Made by a program: the position numbers and the translations under genes
Notes under the pieces: model-generated
The model's database searches: none
Seen by the model: only the letters and a program-made list of their open reading frames with translations
What the model was told of the DNA's origin: nothing
Shown: piece by piece, positions 33,109-40,944 of the stretch
How the letters are laid out: every line of letters begins with the position of its first letter
Position numbering within the stretch: the stretch's first letter is position 1
Sequence record: NC_055721.1
DNA from: Escherichia phage EcS1
Direction: 5' to 3' (one strand)
Length of the DNA stretch: 64,000 bases

Positions 33109-34619
33109 TTTATACCTGTTGTTTCAGTGAAATTACCAAACACTTCGTCAAAGGTATCAGCTTTAGTTTTATCAAAACGGAAGCCTTTAATAATCGGTAA
33201 GAAGATACCAACAGTACCATCTTTACGACCTTCAGACGTTACCCAACCATTACATTCGCAGTCAGCAATACGTCCTACTAATTTACCTTCACGAGCCAGT
33301 TTCATTAGATATTCACGGTCCATCTCGTTACGAGCTTCGATTGGAATATCTACCCAGTCTTTTGTCTTCTTATCACGAACTCTTGTTGTGTCAGTAAAAC
33401 CAGAACCACAATCAGATGTAATACGTCCACACGCAGAACGAAGACGAACACCACCTAATTTGTTAGGCTCTTTAGAGTGCTCATAGTAATCTACTATTTC
33501 AAGAGCAATATCAATTACTTCTTTGAACTTAACTAAGTTCTTAGAGCGCTTGTTTTCCCAATAAGAACCCATGTTCTTCAGGATAATACCTTCAAGCTTC
33601 ATATCTACATAACGTTTGTAGATTTTAGCTGCTTCGTCAAGATTATTAACCCAATGGTTCTCAATCAGAATAACAGAATCAAAGCCATGTAATACTAGAG
33701 CTTCATTAATCATTAACTCAAGAGCTTTGAAACGTACGTCGTATTTGAAGCCTTTAATCTGACCTTCAGAATAAACTTCATCAAGTGGAACAAGGTCCCA
33801 AACCTGGAACTTCATGCCAGCAGCTTCATCAGAAGTAATAGAACCCTTTAGAGATTTATTTGCTAGCCCATTAGAAGTACTACGGTCGACAACGGCTTCA
33901 TCTGTTTCTTCATCACCAAATAAGAAGTCAAGAGATGTGTCAGAAGATTTTTTAGCCGGAGCATGATAAACTAACTCACCATCTACCATTACGCCATTAG
34001 GATGTTTCAGGCGTTCGTCTTTAGTCATAATCATCAGCTCACGAGCAAGCTTATTAAGACCTTGATATTCATTACCTGCACGACTAAAGAAAGTGACACC
34101 TTCATCACGAACTTCAGCGAAACAACGCGCACCATCAGCTTTTAATTGAGCATAAGCAGGGAACTTGATATGCTTTTTAATGAGCTTTTCATCATAAGCT
34201 GAAGCCAACATTTGCGGCTGTTCTGGAATTAAATTCTTCCAGACTTTATTCGCAATAGTAGGACCAGCACCACATTCAAGGTCACGCATCATTACGCGCC
34301 GCAATACTTCTTCTTCGCCTGGTTCTTTAAATTGAATATCACTAATAAGCATACCCAATTGACGGATAGCTTCATGACCACTGAATACTCGAGTAGCTAA
34401 TTTAGTTTCAATGAAATCTAATGCGTCTGCTAAACTACGCGAGCCACGACATTCAATAACGTCAGGCCACTTTTTGATACCATAGTTGAATCGTTTAGAA
34501 TAAGCCATCAAGAATACACGACGCAAGAGGTCATTATCTTTATTTGCTTCAATGATAGCTTGTTTTTCTTTAGTTGAATCAGTTGCTTTAACTTTATTGA
34601 GGATTGCTAAAATACTCAT
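33105..34619 (-). CDS. 30: ATP-dependent DNA ligase gp30
   Basis: 504 aa; VMMRDLECGA, IPEQPQMLAS, FPAYAQLKADGARCFAEVR, EGIILKN, KFKEVIDV match recalled T4 ligase. Confidence 0.95.
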   Translation of the reverse strand: MSILAILNKVKATDSTKEKQAIIEANKDNDLLRRVFLMAYSKRFNYGIKKWPDVIECRGSRSLADALDFIETKLATRVFSGHEAIRQLGMLISDIQFKEPGEEEVLRRVMMRDLECGAGPTIANKVWKNLIPEQPQMLASAYDEKLIKKHIKFPAYAQLKADGARCFAEVRDEGVTFFSRAGNEYQGLNKLARELMIMTKDERLKHPNGVMVDGELVYHAPAKKSSDTSLDFLFGDEETDEAVVDRSTSNGLANKSLKGSITSDEAAGMKFQVWDLVPLDEVYSEGQIKGFKYDVRFKALELMINEALVLHGFDSVILIENHWVNNLDEAAKIYKRYVDMKLEGIILKNMGSYWENKRSKNLVKFKEVIDIALEIVDYYEHSKEPNKLGGVRLRSACGRITSDCGSGFTDTTRVRDKKTKDWVDIPIEARNEMDREYLMKLAREGKLVGRIADCECNGWVTSEGRKDGTVGIFLPIIKGFRFDKTKADTFDEVFGNFTETTGIK

Positions 34620-34845
34620 TAAATTCGTCCATCAGTTCGTTGAAGGTTTTGTGATATCTTACCATACCATCGATACTGCAAAGCCATAATTCATTCTGAG
34701 CTACACAGTCTTTGAATATTGGATTCGCCGAATTCGAGAATACATGGCTACCTGTTGCTCTTAAAAACTTAATAGGCGTTTGATAATATTCAGTTTCAAG
34801 AGTATCTTTTTGTAGACAATAATTATGAACGTTAAACATTACCAA
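34594..34845 (-). CDS. Hypothetical protein (30.1-like)
   Basis: 83 aa ORF. Confidence 0.45.
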   Translation of the reverse strand: MVMFNVHNYCLQKDTLETEYYQTPIKFLRATGSHVFSNSANPIFKDCVAQNELWLCSIDGMVRYHKTFNELMDEFNEYFSNPQ

Positions 34846-35678
34846 CGGTCCTTATCAAAAGTATAATGACATTTAAAGGGTCCAATTAATGGTTGAGCAA
34901 AGTCATGATCAACTATTTTAGGATGATTATTCATCCATTCAGCTCGGAGTATAGAATCACCTTTACCAACATAAGACTTTCTTGCTTCTTCCATGATACC
35001 CATTCTCAACATGGCATCTTCCATAGAACTCATGATATCCTTTACGGATTTAGAATTAAGTTCTTTAGCTAGATGTTCCCAATCATTAACAGCGTCATAA
35101 GATTTAAGATTAGGAGCAGTACGTTGACCACGTGGCATGTGATACGAAACAACATCAGTTCCTTCAAATACTTTAACTGCAGATTCGATATGTGAACCAA
35201 GATCGTCTACATAGCAAACAACACGATCACCATATTTTTCTTTTACTTTTTCAAGCAGAACATCTTTTGATTCGTTGAAGTCGCAAACCATGATGTCTTT
35301 AAATGCACCTGGGAACAATGCGTTCAAATTGAATTGTCTATTCAAATGAGCGTCAACACTATTGCCTAATGCAGTCACGGCCACAAAGTCGTATTCTTTC
35401 TTAAGTTCATTAACCCATTTCACAGCATCATCATATGGCGCCAAATAACGAATGAAATCTGAGTTGTTATATTTCAAAAGAAGTTTAACGGCAAACTCTT
35501 CATCACATCCGAAGATTTCACCAGGCGGAACAAACTTATCATCCACTAAAAAGTCTAAAATACCTTCAATAGGCAATTGATACTTCTGAGCGAAATAAGG
35601 CAGACCAGATTGCCATTTAACTAAGATGCCATCAACATCTGTAGCAATTACTTTACGTTCTTTTTTCTGAGTCAGCAC
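34839..35678 (-). CDS. HAD-superfamily-like hydrolase (30.2-like position)
   Basis: 279 aa; N-terminal ATDVDGIL resembles HAD motif I (DxDG), later VCYVDDL resembles motif IV. Confidence 0.55.
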   Translation of the reverse strand: MLTQKKERKVIATDVDGILVKWQSGLPYFAQKYQLPIEGILDFLVDDKFVPPGEIFGCDEEFAVKLLLKYNNSDFIRYLAPYDDAVKWVNELKKEYDFVAVTALGNSVDAHLNRQFNLNALFPGAFKDIMVCDFNESKDVLLEKVKEKYGDRVVCYVDDLGSHIESAVKVFEGTDVVSYHMPRGQRTAPNLKSYDAVNDWEHLAKELNSKSVKDIMSSMEDAMLRMGIMEEARKSYVGKGDSILRAEWMNNHPKIVDHDFAQPLIGPFKCHYTFDKDRW

Positions 35679-35895
35679 GTTTTTGAGCCTCTAAAAAATA
35701 AATAGCGAAATTTGTTTTAGGGAAAGGATTGTTAGGAGCCGCAATCAATGATATCTCACCAAGAGCAAATCCACCTTTAATAGGCATAGTTACTTTTGGC
35801 CACACTAATGATGGCCAAGGATTAGGCATCATATTGCACCTCAAATACACCATAATTTGAAATGGCAACATTGACATGACAATACTCACCTTCAT
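35653..35895 (-). CDS. Hypothetical small protein
   Basis: ORF only. Confidence 0.3.
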   Translation of the reverse strand: MKVSIVMSMLPFQIMVYLRCNMMPNPWPSLVWPKVTMPIKGGFALGEISLIAAPNNPFPKTNFAIYFLEAQKRADSEKRT

Positions 35896-36022
35896 CAGTA
35901 AGAACTAAAGCCATAGCACCATTCGGTGAAACCTTCTCAATTTGATAAAGCTTCCCTTCAGTGAAAAGTTCATCATATGGAGGGAACACACGTTTAGCAA
36001 GCAGGTTCGTAGCAATCATCAT
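35822..36022 (-). CDS. Hypothetical small protein
   Basis: ORF only. Confidence 0.4.
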   Translation of the reverse strand: MMIATNLLAKRVFPPYDELFTEGKLYQIEKVSPNGAMALVLTDEGEYCHVNVAISNYGVFEVQYDA

Positions 36023-36218
36023 TTGCAGCCTTTAAAAGGGTTAATTCTGATTCCATGTGAACAGATTCAGTACCATCTGACCATGAAACTTCATATGCTG
36101 GTTCAACCTTGTATTTCAGGATTCCAGGTGTATACATTATAACCACACCCGGGATAAATCCTGAAATATGCTGAACTGGGGTTCCTAGTTCAAATTTCAC
36201 TTTATAACCTTGACCCAT
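35994..36218 (-). CDS. Hypothetical small protein
   Basis: ORF only. Confidence 0.45.
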   Translation of the reverse strand: MGQGYKVKFELGTPVQHISGFIPGVVIMYTPGILKYKVEPAYEVSWSDGTESVHMESELTLLKAANDDCYEPAC

Positions 36219-36364
36219 TCTGGGAATTCGATGAAATCAGGAGCGTCAATTTCACAAATCATCATACCTGCATTCACAGTAATATTACCTACTTCAATCA
36301 TAGGATTTGATTGAAGGCTTTGTGATAAGCGTTTTGCATCAGAAACTTGCACGAAAAGAATCAT
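36197..36364 (-). CDS. Small ORF (55 aa), start overlapping upstream stop (TAATG)
   Basis: Hand-translated MILFVQVSDAKRLSQSLQSNPMIEVGNITVNAGMMICEIDAPDFIEFPEWVKVIK; GGGGTGA RBS. Confidence 0.3.
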   Translation of the reverse strand: MILFVQVSDAKRLSQSLQSNPMIEVGNITVNAGMMICEIDAPDFIEFPEWVKVIK

Positions 36365-36813
36365 TATTTCACCCCATAAGAAACGAAAGCTTCGCCAGTC
36401 TTTTTGACCACAATAACTCGTACACCATCAGAAGCATTTCTGAGTTGACTTACCGCAAAGTCTTTAGCTTCTTGTTCAGTAAAAGGACCATTTGGTAGAG
36501 GCAGATTGCTTTTGCTTGTAGGAATAGTGATAGTCCAGAAATCTTGTTCAGTATCAACACGAATAAACTTCTTAGATATTTCATTCTGTAAGAACATACA
36601 CCAAACGTTGTCGAACTCGCCTTCATTTGCTTTGAAGGTGCCTTTATCAGTACGAACTGCAATGATGTTTCCATCCTTATCTAGTTCAGCAACTTCAAAC
36701 TCACCGAAACCTATTAAACGTTTCCATGCAGAAGCAAAGCCTGCACTACGGTCTTCCATGAATTGTTTACCAGCTTCAGTCCATTTGTAAACGATTTTTT
36801 CAGACGTCAACAT
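36364..36813 (-). CDS. Hypothetical protein (149 aa; start reassigned to MLTSEK after GAGGA RBS)
   Basis: ORF; the track N-terminus would run through an intercistronic hairpin, so internal ATG at 36813 preferred. Confidence 0.55.
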   Translation of the reverse strand: MLTSEKIVYKWTEAGKQFMEDRSAGFASAWKRLIGFGEFEVAELDKDGNIIAVRTDKGTFKANEGEFDNVWCMFLQNEISKKFIRVDTEQDFWTITIPTSKSNLPLPNGPFTEQEAKDFAVSQLRNASDGVRVIVVKKTGEAFVSYGVK

Positions 36814-36831
36814 AACAATTTCCTCAGAGTA

Positions 36832-36845
36832 GGGCCCGAAGGCCC
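36832..36845 (-). other. Intercistronic hairpin GGGCC-CGAA-GGCCC followed by GAGGA RBS module
   Basis: Same module as 37797-37813. Confidence 0.6.
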
Positions 36846-36853
36846 ATTTTAGA

Positions 36854-37216
36854 TTAGATAGTGAATTCAGATGAAACGATATCCCATAATGCTTCACGCT
36901 GCTCATCAGTAGTTTTCATACTTAACACATGACGCAACCATAACTTAACTAACATTTTGCGATTAGAACCGTTCCAAGATGGATGAGTACCTAAATCTCG
37001 AGTACGAACATCATCATGAAAACCAACTTTAATTACTGAACCTTTCAAAGAAACATCCAGCGTAATCCCGTTTTCGAAAGCAACATGAACATAGTTATCT
37101 TCCCAATACATGTTGATATCACACACTGTACCGTTTTCATGTTTCCATAAACATACAGTAGAAACATCCCATGCATTAGCTTTAACATATTTACGTTCGA
37201 AGTTTAAGTAGTTCAT
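36854..37216 (-). CDS. Hypothetical protein (about 120 aa; start reassigned downstream of promoter)
   Basis: ORF; promoter -10/-35 lie inside the track N-terminal extension. Confidence 0.5.
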   Translation of the reverse strand: MNYLNFERKYVKANAWDVSTVCLWKHENGTVCDINMYWEDNYVHVAFENGITLDVSLKGSVIKVGFHDDVRTRDLGTHPSWNGSNRKMLVKLWLRHVLSMKTTDEQREALWDIVSSEFTI

Positions 37217-37247
37217 TTTGTTATCCAAGTTTGCTGATTGAGTGTAC

Positions 37248-37276
37248 ATAATACCACACTCAATCAGCGTTGTAAA
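37248..37276 (-). promoter_or_regulatory. Sigma70-like early promoter (TTTACA-17-TATTAT) centred in a 13-bp perfect inverted repeat
   Basis: Hexamers on minus strand; IR arms 37233-37245 and 37256-37268. Confidence 0.45.
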
Positions 37277-37279
37277 CAC

Positions 37280-37783
37280 TTAGAACGAACTTTTTACTAC
37301 TTGTGGTTCTTTAACGAGTTTGAAACGAGAAATGCCTTTAAAAACAATAACTTCATCATAAGTATTTTCATGAAGCCATGCTGCAGCCCACTCTTCTGCT
37401 TGTTTTTCGCTCAAGTTTTTCGCACGAATCAAGAAATCGGTATCTTCTTCTCTAGCAACAAGACAACCATAGTCTAAATCTTCTAGAACTGGTTCAACTT
37501 CTTTTTCTGGCTCGTAGTCTTTAACTTCTGTGAAGTACTGGTATTCGTTTCCATAAATCCAGCAATCACCATACCCTTGTCTTGAGAACTGTCCAAGTTC
37601 ATCTAAACGATAAAGCTCTTTCTTACCATCAAAGCTGATTTTTAGAACATCAGTGTTATTAACTAGTTCAGTAATCATAAACGGTTTATTGCTGAGATAG
37701 TTTGCAACTGCAGTATTGATAGTAGGCGCTTCTTCAACAAATTCAGCCGCGTCAGCTAGTTTGTACCAGTGGTTTAATTCCAT
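37280..37783 (-). CDS. Hypothetical acidic protein
   Basis: 167 aa ORF with GAGGA RBS and upstream GC hairpin. Confidence 0.6.
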   Translation of the reverse strand: MELNHWYKLADAAEFVEEAPTINTAVANYLSNKPFMITELVNNTDVLKISFDGKKELYRLDELGQFSRQGYGDCWIYGNEYQYFTEVKDYEPEKEVEPVLEDLDYGCLVAREEDTDFLIRAKNLSEKQAEEWAAAWLHENTYDEVIVFKGISRFKLVKEPQVVKSSF

Positions 37784-37796
37784 AATTTCCTCAAAG

Positions 37797-37813
37797 TAGG
37801 GCCCGAAGGCCTA
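37797..37813 (-). other. Intercistronic hairpin (GGGCC-CGAA-GGCC) followed by GAGGA RBS module
   Basis: Same module as 36832-36845. Confidence 0.6.
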
Positions 37814-37817
37814 GTTA

Positions 37818-38171
37818 TTAAGCGATTGTGGTCCAGTTATCTAAATTGATAACACCTTTATCTTTCATTTGTTGAATCAATGCTTCAGCACGAGTACGAC
37901 CATTTTCATACCATGTGCAATCTTCATCATCATAAGTCTCAGAACGAATGCGACCTAAGATGACAGTTTTCAGAACATATTCTTCACCAGTAAACCAGTT
38001 AGTCAAACGAATTTTCCAAGAGAAATCATCTGACTGACCATCAGGAGTCATGCAATAAACCAGTTCAAATTGCTCCATAGATAATCCCCACTGAAGTTCT
38101 TTAACTGATTGAGCTTTGTAGCCATCATGATCTTTGCATTTGATGAAAGCGTTCAGATTAATAGTTTTCAT
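37818..38171 (-). CDS. Hypothetical protein (117 aa; start at MKTINL)
   Basis: ORF; GGAGA RBS; promoter TTTACT-16-TAAGAT upstream. Confidence 0.55.
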   Translation of the reverse strand: MKTINLNAFIKCKDHDGYKAQSVKELQWGLSMEQFELVYCMTPDGQSDDFSWKIRLTNWFTGEEYVLKTVILGRIRSETYDDEDCTWYENGRTRAEALIQQMKDKGVINLDNWTTIA

Positions 38172-38200
38172 TTTATTCTCCATTTGTTGATTGAGTGTAC

Positions 38201-38228
38201 ATCTTAACACAATCCTAGGAGAAGTAAA
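38201..38228 (-). promoter_or_regulatory. Sigma70-like early promoter (TTTACT-16-TAAGAT) sharing 15-bp -10 region with 37236-37250
   Basis: tgattgagtgtacat present at 37236-37250 and 38188-38202. Confidence 0.4.
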
Positions 38229-38232
38229 CACC

Positions 38233-38427
38233 TTATTTTACATGACTGAATTCTACATCAGACCAGATGCCGAAAGGCGGAAGATTAGGTTCTTCTTTAA
38301 AGGCTAACTTTTTGACATCAGTCCAAGGCCAACAGCAAACTTCGTGCTCGTATAACCAGCATGTTCCTTGCAAAGGACTCTCAGGATGCATTTCTATAAT
38401 TTTATAAACCAAAGTTTTCTTGAACAT
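38233..38427 (-). CDS. Hypothetical small protein (64 aa; start at MFKKTL)
   Basis: ORF; track N-terminal extension spans a terminator hairpin so internal start preferred. Confidence 0.45.
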   Translation of the reverse strand: MFKKTLVYKIIEMHPESPLQGTCWLYEHEVCCWPWTDVKKLAFKEEPNLPPFGIWSDVEFSHVK

Positions 38428-38439
38428 ATTCACCTCATA

Positions 38440-38470
38440 CAGATACAAAAATGGGAGACCGAAGTCTCCC
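38440..38470 (-). terminator. Minus-strand terminator (GGGAGAC-TTCG-GTCTCCC + ATTTTTGT) after small basic ORF
   Basis: Same 32-nt module as at 56268-56297. Confidence 0.75.
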
Positions 38471-38475
38471 ATAAC

Positions 38476-38655
38476 TTATGCTACAGCTCGCGGCTTTCCA
38501 AAACGAGAAGCATCGTCGCGTAACACGGCTCGTGCACGACGCATAATCTTCTCAACTGTCTGATTAATACGCTTGTTCGACCCACGCTTATATTTCGCGC
38601 GTTTAGAGGTACCAACTACTTCTTTAACTGCTTGTTTCTTAGCTTGCTTAGCCAT
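38476..38655 (-). CDS. Small highly basic protein (59 aa, 30.9-like position)
   Basis: Hand-translated MAKQAKKQAVKEVVGTSKRAKYKRGSNKRINQTVEKIMRRARAVLRDDASRFGKPRAVA; stop 5 nt before strong terminator hairpin. Confidence 0.4.
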   Translation of the reverse strand: MAKQAKKQAVKEVVGTSKRAKYKRGSNKRINQTVEKIMRRARAVLRDDASRFGKPRAVA

Positions 38656-38976
38656 TTTATTCTTCCAATCTTGGAGTAAAGTTAGCTCTATGACTTACGG
38701 TTTCCCTGCATAGAGCCGTTTTCTGTTTGGTCATTTCATGGCAGACCTACCAGAAGGTTTCGTTTATTTTACGTCTAGATAACCTACAACTACGACATCA
38801 TACTACTTCTATCTGTTGCACACCGTTAGCTGGCCATAGGCTGGGTCCGGGTCAGATTTCTCTGGGATAGAATATACATCAATGACTGTATAGGCCATGA
38901 GGTCACTCGGATTGTGAATCATTGTCCATCCGGTAACATGCCCTTGCCGTAATATGAACAAGTCCTCAAGGGGTAC

Positions 38977-39225
38977 TTATTTCAAAGTCACGATGAAGTG
39001 ACGGACTGCTTTACGAGCTGCAGAACACAATGGCTTAGCATATTTCAGTTCATCTTGAATAGCCAGTTCAGTAGCCAAAGCTTTCTGAGAAGGATTCAGA
39101 TGTTTGAAATATTCCAGGATGTCGAGAGCTTCAGCTTTAACATCAATGGAAGCACCATAGTTATCATGGCCTGCATTCCAGGATTTACGTTGGATGTCGA
39201 GAATAGATTTGATTAGTTCTTGCAT
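38977..39225 (-). CDS. rIII: rIII-like lysis-inhibition accessory protein (assigned by size and synteny only)
   Basis: 82 aa, same length as T4 rIII, immediately downstream of gene 31. Confidence 0.45.
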   Translation of the reverse strand: MQELIKSILDIQRKSWNAGHDNYGASIDVKAEALDILEYFKHLNPSQKALATELAIQDELKYAKPLCSAARKAVRHFIVTLK

Positions 39226-39338
39226 TATAGAGCCTCAATATGAGGTAAAAATTAGGAGACAATCATCGGTTAACTAAGGTCCGACTGCCATTATCTCCAC
39301 ATAGAAGTGATCCTGTTAATGGTCACCACTTCATAAAT

Positions 39339-39692
39339 TTATTTATACACTACGCCTAACGACTTATAATGCGCAGCTACAAATTTTTGTTTTACTTCTT
39401 TAGGTTGTTTAATACCTAAAGCAACAAGTGGATGAATCACGTTTTTAAACGTTGGGTTACTTGCAAGATAAGGAACCAAATCACCTACTTCAATGAAACC
39501 AGTTGGAACTTCATCGCCAATGGAATGAACTTCCATTACTTCTGGTAATTGACCTTGTGTTTCTTTGCCTAAAAAGATTCCAGATTCAGATGTTTTATCA
39601 TCACCTGCTTGGGACGGTTCAGAGACAAAAATAATGTGCTCACCTAGAGCTTTAATTGGGAGTTCCATTTTATTACCTGTTTGGTAGACCAT
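39339..39692 (-). CDS. 31: Co-chaperonin gp31 (GroES analogue)
   Basis: LPIKALGEHIIFVSEPSQAGDD..HSIGDEVPTGF.EVGDL..HPLVALGIKQPKEVKQKF..HYK matches recalled T4 gp31. Confidence 0.9.
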   Translation of the reverse strand: MVYQTGNKMELPIKALGEHIIFVSEPSQAGDDKTSESGIFLGKETQGQLPEVMEVHSIGDEVPTGFIEVGDLVPYLASNPTFKNVIHPLVALGIKQPKEVKQKFVAAHYKSLGVVYK

Positions 39693-39724
39693 GAGTAAAT
39701 AATATCACTCATGGTCTAAAGCAT

Positions 39725-40048
39725 TTAACCAACAAACTTAACCAGATGTTCCATCTTCATTCCATTAAAGGAAACCAGTTTGTCGATGCTAAAGCCACGC
39801 CATTGTTTGATTTCAGTATCAAATGCTGGAACCATATCTACAGCTTCTTTACGAGGCTTACTAGGATTCACATAGCTTTCATAGATTGCAGGGTCAACCA
39901 GTTTACCAATTACATCTTTATCACGAGAAGCTTTCATTACACGCATGGTGCCATCAGCTTTTTCAAAGACTACTTCAGAAGTACCCATTGCCAGTTTAGT
40001 TTTCAAGACTTCACGCAGAGCTACTTTTTGATCTTCAGTTAATTTCAT
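39725..40048 (-). CDS. Hypothetical protein (31.1-like)
   Basis: 107 aa ORF. Confidence 0.5.
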   Translation of the reverse strand: MKLTEDQKVALREVLKTKLAMGTSEVVFEKADGTMRVMKASRDKDVIGKLVDPAIYESYVNPSKPRKEAVDMVPAFDTEIKQWRGFSIDKLVSFNGMKMEHLVKFVG

Positions 40049-40600
40049 TTATTCGATTCCACAAAAGTTTTCAATTCGATTCCAGTCAAGAGACTTCAAA
40101 TTAGTACGAGAATATTCGATGACTTCAAGACCTGAATCACGTAAGATGTCATCCCAATTATCAGGAGAACGATCATATTTTTCAGCATAAACAACTTTCT
40201 TAATACCTGACTGAGCAATAGCTTTAGAACAATCAGGACAAGGAGAAGCTGTTACGTACATCGTGGCGCCATCAATAGACGAGCCATTACGAGCAGCAAA
40301 CAAAATAGCATTCAATTCAGCATGGATTTCATTACGAGCAGACCAAGAACTATGGGCTACTCGATGTTCTGCTTTAAGACCTACTCGATGATGGCGTTCA
40401 CCTGGAATAAGTTTACCTTTACCTAACCAACCTTGTTCTGCAGCATGGTCACAACAGTTTACACCACCAGATGGAGTGCCATTATAGCCAGTAGAAATGA
40501 TGCGACCATTCTTTTCAATGACCGCACCTACCTTCCAAGAACAACATTTAGATTCTTGAGAAATCAGATATGCAATCTGAAGATAAGTGCTAGATTTCAT
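40049..40600 (-). CDS. cd: dCMP deaminase
   Basis: 183 aa; zinc-binding HAELNAI and PCPDC motifs. Confidence 0.9.
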   Translation of the reverse strand: MKSSTYLQIAYLISQESKCCSWKVGAVIEKNGRIISTGYNGTPSGGVNCCDHAAEQGWLGKGKLIPGERHHRVGLKAEHRVAHSSWSARNEIHAELNAILFAARNGSSIDGATMYVTASPCPDCSKAIAQSGIKKVVYAEKYDRSPDNWDDILRDSGLEVIEYSRTNLKSLDWNRIENFCGIE

Positions 40601-40944
40601 TAAATCACCAAGTAAGTTGAGCGTTTAGTAGAAACCAATTTTAGTCCTTCAATTGGTTCGACAATATTCTTTACAGTACCAATTGTGATGAATTCTGCAT
40701 CTTTAAAACGATTCTTTTTATCGTTAAAGACTGTACCCATGTATTGGTAACCTAATTCTACGCCATGATTGTTTACAGCAATCAATACTGCATCATATTC
40801 TTCATCAGGGACCATTGAGACTGCGTGGTCCATACGCAGTTCGGTTAACACTTCATCGATGCCTTTTTGAGATACTTCACCACGTATACCAATCAAGTTC
40901 GCACGAAGAATTTTATCAATCTTTTCTTTTAGCATATTGATCAA
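40600..40944 (-). CDS. Hypothetical protein downstream of DAHP synthase
   Basis: 114 aa ORF; overlaps DAHP synthase 3-prime end. Confidence 0.5.
   Translation of the reverse strand: MINMLKEKIDKILRANLIGIRGEVSQKGIDEVLTELRMDHAVSMVPDEEYDAVLIAVNNHGVELGYQYMGTVFNDKKNRFKDAEFITIGTVKNIVEPIEGLKLVSTKRSTYLVI

Noticed and set aside
36814-36906. N-terminal 31-residue extension of ORF 36364..36906
   Set aside because: It would translate through the GGGCC-CGAA-GGCCC intercistronic hairpin; an internal ATG with a GAGGA RBS is more plausible.
38700-38976. Possible tRNA gene in the ORF-free region
   Set aside because: No T-loop-like GTTCRANYC motif or acceptor/anticodon stem arrangement found by eye on either strand; left as an unexplained non-coding stretch.
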